Of a stretch of DNA of 64,000 nucleotides, positions 57,557 through 64,000 are shown piece by piece. Each line of letters begins with the position of its first letter. Position 1 is the first letter of the stretch. This DNA is from Candidatus Eiseniibacteriota bacterium (GTDB lineage: Bacteria > Eisenbacteria > RBG-16-71-46). The position numbers were made by a program, and so were the translations under genes. Below the pieces are notes generated by a model. The model did no database searches. It worked only from the letters and a program-made list of their open reading frames with translations, and was not told the origin of the DNA. The stretch is taken from contig CAVQXP010000002.1 in NCBI GenBank assembly GCA_963717935.1, positions 32,001 to 96,000 of the forward strand, written 5' to 3'.

Positions 57557-59182
57557 GTGAGCCGGAGCGTCGCCGTCGTCGGCGCGGGCGCCGCGGGCCT
57601 CACCGCCGCTCTGCGCGCGGCTGAGGCCGGGGCGCACGTGACGCTGCTCAACGCGCACCCGAAGGTCGGGCTGAAGATCCTCATGTCCGGCGGGACGCGC
57701 TGCAACGTCACCCACCGCGAGGTCGGGGCGCGCGACTTCCAGGGCGGCTCGCGCAACGTCGTGGCGCGCATCCTGCGCGCGTTCCCGCCGGAGGCGACGC
57801 GCGAGTGGTTCGAGTCGCTCGGCGTGCCGCTCGTGCTCGAAGAGAGCGGCAAGTACTTCCCCGCGAGCGAGGATGCGCAGACGGTGCTCGACGCGCTGCT
57901 CGGCGCGATCGAACGGGCCGGTGTCACGATGGAGAGCGGGGCGCGCGTCGTGAGGCTCGAGCGCGCGGGCGGCCCGGGCGGTGACGCGGGCGAGTGCGCG
58001 GGGGACGCGGCGGGGGAGAGCGGGGGCTGGCGGCTCGGCGTCCAGAGCATGAAGGTGAGTGGCGACTTCTCCGCCGCGGCGCACGCCGTGGGCGAGGCGT
58101 GCTGGCCGCTGCCCGCGGCCGAGCCCGACCGCTGGATCGAGGCCGATGCCGTCGTGCTCGCCACCGGCGGGCTCTCGTTCCCGCGCACCGGCAGCGACGG
58201 CACCGGCTACGCCCTGGCCGCCGCTCTCGGCCACACGATCGTGGCCCCGGTGCCCGCGCTCACGCCGCTCACCGCCGCCGACCCGCTCTGCACGCAACTG
58301 CAGGGCGTCACCGTTGACGTGGAGCTGACGCTCGCGGTGGGCGGGAAGCGCGCCGAGCCCGCGCGCGGCTCGTTCCTCTTCGCCCACTTCGGCTACTCCG
58401 GTCCCGCGGCACTCGACCTCTCGCGCTCGTGGCTGCGCGCGGAGGGCCGCGGCGAGCGCGCGGTGACCGCGAACTTCCTGCCCGGCGAGACGCGCGAGAG
58501 CCTGCTCGCCGCCTGGCAGCGCGAGACCGCCCCCGAGCCGCGGCTCCAGGTGCGGCACTGGCTCGGCCGCCGGCTGCCCGACCGGCTCGTGCTGGCGCTC
58601 TGCGCCGAGGCCGGCGTGGACGCCGGGGCGTACGCGAGCCAGACCAGCCGCGCGCATCGTGCCGCCCTCGTCGAGTACCTCTGCGCGCGCGCGCTGCCCG
58701 TGGACGGCACGCTGGGCTACGAGAAGGCCGAGGTCACCGCCGGCGGCGTCGCGCTCGACGAGGTGGACGCGAGCACGCTCGAGTCACGCAAGGCGCGCGG
58801 GCTCTACCTCTGCGGCGAGGTGCTCGACGTGGACGGGAGGCTGGGGGGATTCAACTTCCAGTGGGCGTGGTCGTCCGGCACCGTCGGCGGGGCGGGTCGC
58901 GGGGCGGGCGGCGGACCGGCGGTCGCGGTGGGGGCCGATGGCTCGGCGGCGACGCGGTCGGGACTCTCGCGGGCCAACCCCGGGGCACTCGCCGCGCGCG
59001 TAGGTCACATGCGCGCGGCGAGTCCCATGCCGCTTACCTTATCGGCACCACGCGGGCCTGCTCCACCAGGGCCCTCGCCGCCAGATTGCCGCCGGCCTTC
59101 TCGGCGTCCGCCCGGCTCTCGAACCGGCCCAGGTAGACGTGATAGGAGCCGTCGGCTCCGGCGCGCGCGACCCGGGCCGTGA
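57557..59182 (+). CDS. HI0933/BaiN family NAD(P)/FAD-dependent oxidoreductase; true end probably about 59003 (frameshift near 58885)
   Basis: VVGAGAAG, GLKILMSGGTRCNVT, LATGGLSFP.TGSDG.GY, FAHFGYSGPA, VTAGGV, GEVLDVDG.LGGFNFQWAWSSG. Confidence 0.88.
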   Translation: MSRSVAVVGAGAAGLTAALRAAEAGAHVTLLNAHPKVGLKILMSGGTRCNVTHREVGARDFQGGSRNVVARILRAFPPEATREWFESLGVPLVLEESGKYFPASEDAQTVLDALLGAIERAGVTMESGARVVRLERAGGPGGDAGECAGDAAGESGGWRLGVQSMKVSGDFSAAAHAVGEACWPLPAAEPDRWIEADAVVLATGGLSFPRTGSDGTGYALAAALGHTIVAPVPALTPLTAADPLCTQLQGVTVDVELTLAVGGKRAEPARGSFLFAHFGYSGPAALDLSRSWLRAEGRGERAVTANFLPGETRESLLAAWQRETAPEPRLQVRHWLGRRLPDRLVLALCAEAGVDAGAYASQTSRAHRAALVEYLCARALPVDGTLGYEKAEVTAGGVALDEVDASTLESRKARGLYLCGEVLDVDGRLGGFNFQWAWSSGTVGGAGRGAGGGPAVAVGADGSAATRSGLSRANPGALAARVGHMRAASPMPLTLSAPRGPAPPGPSPPDCRRPSRRPPGSRTGPGRRDRSRRLRRARPGP

Positions 59183-59678
59183 GGTTCGTGCTGGCCTTGA
59201 GTTCCTCCGCCCTCTCCTGGGCCCGGTCCTCGAACAGGAACCCGCCCGTATCGAGAGCGAACGGACCCTCCTCCTCATCGAGAACGATGCCCGCCGCCCG
59301 GGCCTGCCGGACGATGATCCGGCGCTGCTGCCACTTGGGCAGCTTGTTGAAGGCGGCGATCGAGTCGGCGCGGGCCACGGCGGCCAGGCTGTCGGCCGTC
59401 TGCACGCGGGCGATGGAGTCCGCGACCGCTGCAGCGCGCACGGCGGCGCGTTCGGCCTCGGCCTTGGCCTTCTGCTGGGCGCTGACGAACCACCAGCCGA
59501 CGGCCACCAGCGCGACGACGATCACCAGCGTGAACATCCAGGCGCCGGCAGAGGACTTCTTGCCCTTCGCCTGCGCGTTGTCGAGTTTCTCGCGCAGGCG
59601 CGGCGACAGCAGCGGCTCGGTCCTCGATGGGGGCTGGGTGGGCTTGGTCCCAGGATCACGATCCTCAGGTTCGTTCAT
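59034..59678 (-). CDS. Membrane-anchored SPOR-domain protein
   Basis: AGGAGG RBS; single TM; Ala-rich linker; C-terminal G.F...A...YHVYLGRFESRADA. Confidence 0.75.
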   Translation of the reverse strand: MNEPEDRDPGTKPTQPPSRTEPLLSPRLREKLDNAQAKGKKSSAGAWMFTLVIVVALVAVGWWFVSAQQKAKAEAERAAVRAAAVADSIARVQTADSLAAVARADSIAAFNKLPKWQQRRIIVRQARAAGIVLDEEEGPFALDTGGFLFEDRAQERAEELKASTNLTARVARAGADGSYHVYLGRFESRADAEKAGGNLAARALVEQARVVPIR

Positions 59679-60127
59679 GGTTCCTCCTGTGGTGCGCCGA
59701 TGGACGGCATCGGGCCCGAGAGCGGCGCTTGAGCCTCTCCGGGGACGGCCGGGATACTACCAAGTTTCACGACGATGGCACCTCTGATCTGCGCCGTGCC
59801 CCCGGGGGGGATGGCCGGCCCCGACTCGCCGGGGGCATGTGTGGCCACCGCGGTGGCAGGGGACCTTCCCGCCGCCCGCGCCAGGACGCGAGCCGACCCC
59901 GCGCCACTGCCGCGCAACGGAGTCCGCCTTCCGGGGCACGGCGGCAGGATGCTAGCCTGACAGCGCGAGAGAAGAATCCTCTTCCCTCGATTGCTCCTTC
60001 CGCGGCGCGGACCACGGCCGGCGGAAGATGTACTACTATCACATGCTGGGCATGCGTTCGATGTCGCGGTGGAGGAAGGACATGCTGGAGCGAGCGGGGA
60101 AGTGACCGGCTCCAGGCTCGACTGACC

Positions 60128-61456
60128 ATGAGTCCGGACCGTCTCTGTGCCTGGGTCGTGACCGCCGACATGGGGTTGGGCCACCAGCGTGCCGCGCACG
60201 CCCTGGCGTACCTCGCGCACGAGGGTGTCCTCACGGCCGGCAGCCCGGGCGCCACCGATGAAGACGAAGCCCGCTTCTGGCGCCGGCTCACCTGGACCTA
60301 CGAGTCCCTCTCGCGCGCCAGGAACATGCCGTTCGTGGGCGGCGCGGTCTTCGGCCTGCTGGACCATCTGCTGCACATCCCGCCCTTCTATCCGCTGCGG
60401 GACCTCTCGAAGCCGTCGCTCAACAACTACCTCGTGGACCACCTGATCCGGAAGGGGCTGGGCCGCTCGATACTCGAACGGCTGCGCTCACGCCGGCTGC
60501 CGGTGATCTCGACCTTCTATGCCCCATCGCTCGTCGCGGACCACGCCCGCTTCGCCCCGGTGTACAGCGTCATCTGCGATGCCGACCTGAATCGCGTCTG
60601 GGTGGCGTCGAAGGTGGCGCAGAGCCGCATCCAGTACTTCGCGCCCTGCGGCCGGGTCATGCGGCGCCTGCGTCAGTACGGCGTCCCCGACGAGCGCATC
60701 TTCATCACCGGCTTCCCGCTCCCGCGCGGGAACATCGGCGGACCGGGGATGGAGACGCTCCGGGCGGACCTGTTGCAGCGGCTGGGACGGCTCGACCCGC
60801 GGGGGCGATTCGCCTCGGTCTTCGGCGCCACGGTGCAGGAGATGCTGGGCGAGCGGCCGCAGCCGGTGCCCGGCGGTGCCCGGGTCACGGTGACCTTCGC
60901 GGTGGGCGGGGCGGGAGCGCAGACCGAGATCGGCCTGCAGCTGGCGCAGAGCCTCAAGCCGGGCATCCTGGACGGCCGGTTCCGGCTCGCGCTGGTGGCG
61001 GGCGTGAACCCGCTGGTCGAGCGCCTGTTCCAGGGGTTCGTGAGCCGCATCGGCCTGGACGCCGCGCTCGGCGACGGCGTGCTGATCGTGCACGAGGAGC
61101 GCAAGCCCGACTACTTCGAGCGATTCAACGCGCTGATGCGCGAGACCGACGTCCTCTGGACCAAGCCGAGCGAGCTGTCGTTCTACTCGGGGCTCGGCAT
61201 CCCGATCGTGATGGCTCCGCCGCTCGGCTCGCAGGAGGGCAAGAACATGCGGTGGTTGATGGACAAGGGCGCCGCGCTGCCGCAGTACACGCCCGCGCTG
61301 GCCCTGGAGTGGCTGTCCGACATGTTGAAGGACGGCGTGCTCGCCGAGAAGGCGTTCAGCGGGTTCGTCAAGAACCGCACGCTCGGGGTCTACAAGATCG
61401 AAGAGGTGCTCCGGACCGGGACGATGGCGAGAGAGACCCACCCGCTCAGGCGCTAG
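60128..61456 (+). CDS. GT-B fold glycosyltransferase-like protein (MGDG-synthase-like)
   Basis: ADMGLGHQRAA, STF, CDAD, ITGFPL, GGAG, DVLWTKPSEL, P.GSQE..N. Confidence 0.7.
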   Translation: MSPDRLCAWVVTADMGLGHQRAAHALAYLAHEGVLTAGSPGATDEDEARFWRRLTWTYESLSRARNMPFVGGAVFGLLDHLLHIPPFYPLRDLSKPSLNNYLVDHLIRKGLGRSILERLRSRRLPVISTFYAPSLVADHARFAPVYSVICDADLNRVWVASKVAQSRIQYFAPCGRVMRRLRQYGVPDERIFITGFPLPRGNIGGPGMETLRADLLQRLGRLDPRGRFASVFGATVQEMLGERPQPVPGGARVTVTFAVGGAGAQTEIGLQLAQSLKPGILDGRFRLALVAGVNPLVERLFQGFVSRIGLDAALGDGVLIVHEERKPDYFERFNALMRETDVLWTKPSELSFYSGLGIPIVMAPPLGSQEGKNMRWLMDKGAALPQYTPALALEWLSDMLKDGVLAEKAFSGFVKNRTLGVYKIEEVLRTGTMARETHPLRR

Positions 61457-63240
61457 CCGCTCGCCAGGTTCTCCAGCTCCAGCCACCGCGCGTAGGCCTG
61501 GTGGATCTCGGCTTCGATCGCGGTGAGGCGCTGGCGGGCCGGCGCGACCTCGTCCCCTCGCGTCGTGTAGAAGCTCGGTGAGGCCATCAGGTCGAAGAGG
61601 GCCTGCTTCTCGGCCTCGAGGCGCTCGATCCTCCCGGGCAGATCGGCCAGCTCCCGCTTCTCCTTGAAGGTGATGCGCCGCGGTCGCGCCGTGCCCCGCT
61701 CCGCCCTGGGCCGGGCGGGCCTCGCGGCGGGAGGAGGCTCGACGGGCTTCCGCTGGCGGAGCCAGTCCTCGTAGCCGCCGACGTACTCGCGCCACTGACC
61801 GGCGCCCTCGAAGACCAGGGTCGAGGTGACGACGTTGTCGAGGAACGCGCGGTCGTGCGAGACGAGCAGCAGCGTGCCCCGGAATTCCAGGAGCATCTCT
61901 TCGAGCAGCTCGAGGGTCTCCAGATCGAGGTCGTTGGTCGGTTCGTCCAGGACGAGGAGGTTGCAGGGCCGCGAGAGGATCTTCGCGAGCTGGAGCCGCT
62001 TGCGCTCGCCGCCGGACAGCCGGAGCACGGGCCCCTGGATCTGCTCGGGGGTGAAGAGGAAGTCGCGCAGATAGCCGACGACGTGGCGTTCGACGCCACC
62101 CACGGTGATCGTATCGCGCCCTTCACCGAGGGTCTCGACGACGGTCTTCGTGTCGTCGAGCGCGTCGTGAAGCTGCTCGAAGTGCGCGACCTCGAGCTTC
62201 GTGCCCGCGGTCACGGAGCCCTGCTGCGGGGCGATCTCCTGGAGGAGCAGGTGGATCAACGTCGTCTTGCCGCACCCGTTGGGCCCCAGGATGCCGACGC
62301 GATCGCCGCGCAGGATCGTCCCGGTGAATCCGCGGACGATCGGCGTGTCGTCGTAGGCGTACCCCAAGTCCTTGCAGCGCAGCACGATGCGCCCCGAGGC
62401 ATCCGCCTCCTGGAGTTGCGCCTTCACGCGCGCCACCTCGTCGCGGCGCGCGCCGCGCTCGACCCGCAGCGCCTCGAGCGCGCGGACCCGGCCTTCGTTC
62501 CGCGTGCGCCGCGCCTTGATCCCGCGCCGGACCCAGGCCTCTTCCAGCGCCAGTTTCCGGTCGAAGAGCGCGGCCTGGTCCACCTCGACGCGCTGCTCCT
62601 CCTCGCGCGTCTCGAGATAGGCGTCGTAGCCGGAGCGGTAGCTGCGGAGCGCGCCGCGGTCCAGGTCGAGGATGCGCGTGGCGAGGCCGCGCAGGAAGCT
62701 GCGGTCGTGGGTGACGAAGATCAGCGTGCCCCGCCGGCGCTGCAGGGCGTCCTCGAGATGGCGGATGGCGTCGATGTCGAGGTGGTTGGTCGGCTCGTCC
62801 AGGATCAGCAGGTCGGGGTCGCGCACCAGGGCCGCCGCGAGCAGGACGCGTCGCTTGGAGCCGGCGGAGAGCGCCGCGAGGGTGGCGTCCAGGTCCAGCG
62901 CCAGGTCGCTCGCCGCCTGGTCGATCCGCGTCTCGATCCGCCATGCGGCGTCGCTCGTCGTCACCCCGCAGATCTCGTGCAGGTACTCCCGGACGGTGCC
63001 GGCGAGGTCGAGGGGCACCTCCTGCTGCAGGCTCGCCACGCGCAGCCCCGGCTGGCGGACCACGTCGCCGGAGTCGGGGGCGAGCGTGCCCTCGAGGAGC
63101 TTGAGGAGCGTGGACTTGCCGGCGCCGTTGCGGCCCAGCAACCCGAGCCGTTCGCCGTCGTCGATCTGGAGGCTCACGGAATCGAGCAGGGGAGGCCCGG
63201 CAAAGGTGAGGCTCACGCCGTTGAGGCTGATCAGCGCCAT
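61453..63240 (-). CDS. uup: ABC-F family ATPase Uup
   Basis: Two ABC cassettes (GRNGAGKST, LDEPTNHLD; GPNGCGKTT, LSGGE, LDEPTNDLD); GIKARRTRNEGRVRAL linker; C-terminal coiled coil ending RWLELE. Confidence 0.92.
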   Translation of the reverse strand: MALISLNGVSLTFAGPPLLDSVSLQIDDGERLGLLGRNGAGKSTLLKLLEGTLAPDSGDVVRQPGLRVASLQQEVPLDLAGTVREYLHEICGVTTSDAAWRIETRIDQAASDLALDLDATLAALSAGSKRRVLLAAALVRDPDLLILDEPTNHLDIDAIRHLEDALQRRRGTLIFVTHDRSFLRGLATRILDLDRGALRSYRSGYDAYLETREEEQRVEVDQAALFDRKLALEEAWVRRGIKARRTRNEGRVRALEALRVERGARRDEVARVKAQLQEADASGRIVLRCKDLGYAYDDTPIVRGFTGTILRGDRVGILGPNGCGKTTLIHLLLQEIAPQQGSVTAGTKLEVAHFEQLHDALDDTKTVVETLGEGRDTITVGGVERHVVGYLRDFLFTPEQIQGPVLRLSGGERKRLQLAKILSRPCNLLVLDEPTNDLDLETLELLEEMLLEFRGTLLLVSHDRAFLDNVVTSTLVFEGAGQWREYVGGYEDWLRQRKPVEPPPAARPARPRAERGTARPRRITFKEKRELADLPGRIERLEAEKQALFDLMASPSFYTTRGDEVAPARQRLTAIEAEIHQAYARWLELENLASG

Positions 63241-63353
63241 GGTCTCTCTCGTCTCCTCGCGCCCGAAGAACGGCTCTGCACCCGCCCGGCCCGGCCGGGT
63301 GTAACCTCATCCCGCCTTCCGCGCCACCCACCATAACCGAAATCGAGGCGACC

Positions 63354-63896
63354 TTGGCTCTCGGCGCCGTGATCCACCAGTTCACCGTGCAGCTCTCCCA
63401 CGTGGACCGCGGCGTCTACGAGTCGCTGGACCTGCGCGTCGCGCGGCATCCCTCGGAGAGCGAGGAGTTCCTCTGCGCCCGCGTGCTCGCCTGCTGCCTC
63501 GAGCACCGTGAGGGGCTCGCCTTCTCGCGGGGGCTCGCGGACCCCGACCAGCCGGCGCTCGAGGTGCGGGACCTCACGGGCACGGTGCAGGCCTGGATCG
63601 AGATCGGCACGCCGGACGCCGCCCGGCTGCACCGGGCCAGCAAGGCGGCGCCGCGGGTGGTGGTCTACACGCATCGCGACGCCGGGCGCTACTGGGACTC
63701 GCTCGCGGGCGCGCGCATCCATCGCGCGGAGTCGCTCGAGCTCTACGGGCTCGATCGCGCGCTGGTGGCGGCACTGGTCGCGCACCTGGAGAGGCGCATG
63801 GCGTTCGACCTGTCGGTGGCGGACGGGGTGCTCTACCTGACGCTGGGCGGGGAGTTGTTCACCGGCCTCGTGACCACGCGCCGCCTGGGGGCGTAG
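63354..63896 (+). CDS. yaeQ: YaeQ family protein
   Basis: MAL.A.I...LSHVDRGVY...ARHPSES...GL.FSRGL..PD.PAL...WIEIG.PD..RL.RASK. Confidence 0.88.
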   Translation: MALGAVIHQFTVQLSHVDRGVYESLDLRVARHPSESEEFLCARVLACCLEHREGLAFSRGLADPDQPALEVRDLTGTVQAWIEIGTPDAARLHRASKAAPRVVVYTHRDAGRYWDSLAGARIHRAESLELYGLDRALVAALVAHLERRMAFDLSVADGVLYLTLGGELFTGLVTTRRLGA

Positions 63897-64000
63897 GCGC
63901 GGGCGCGACGCCGCGGCGGGGGAGACGCGCCGGCAGGGACGCGCCCCCGGGGGAGCGCGCGTGGGCGGAACGCGCCGGAGGATGTTATCCTGCCGCCTCG

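Noticed and set aside
59680..60127. Long intergenic region as a possible ncRNA or small ORF
   Set aside because: Explained by divergent promoters (-10-like TAGTAT on minus, TAGCCT on plus). No recognisable RNA family or credible ORF.

Overview
High-GC (roughly 70% by eye) bacterial chromosomal segment with about 46 genes. No rRNA, tRNA or CRISPR was seen. Five secreted proteins share a C-terminal FlgD-Ig/T9SS-CTD-like sorting domain, which suggests an FCB-related lineage such as Ca. Eisenbacteria (inference). In order: a peptide MFS transporter; a secreted Ntn-hydrolase; an unusual AmmeMemoRadiSam operon; a hybrid histidine kinase; a ygeW/ygeY-type ureide-catabolism cluster; a tandem duplication of a sigma54-driven small secreted Gly/Asp-rich protein; DUF47-pit; a secreted ComEC-like metallo-hydrolase; acyl-CoA dehydrogenase; a small lower-GC islet with an in-frame TGA and an IS-end scar; an AspT-type antiporter; fabI; two KimA-like APC transporters with homogenised 3' ends; udgB; a cobalamin riboswitch-BtuB-beta-propeller unit; M48, M14 and M28 peptidases; lrp-lat; a NUDIX-MBL fusion; an HI0933 flavoprotein; a SPOR protein; a GT-B-like protein; uup; and yaeQ. 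The best candidate for an undescribed system is the AmmeMemoRadiSam operon (3844-9853). It has a Tat-signalled radical SAM enzyme with an extra CxxCH, a signal-less AmrB, a signal-bearing AmrB-AmrA fusion, and a polytopic membrane protein with a degenerate spermidine-synthase domain. The ureide cluster (12993-22556) adds carbamate kinase, two fold-II PLP enzymes, a second atypical carbamoyltransferase and a class V PLP enzyme. All calls come from motif recognition by eye; no database searches were run.
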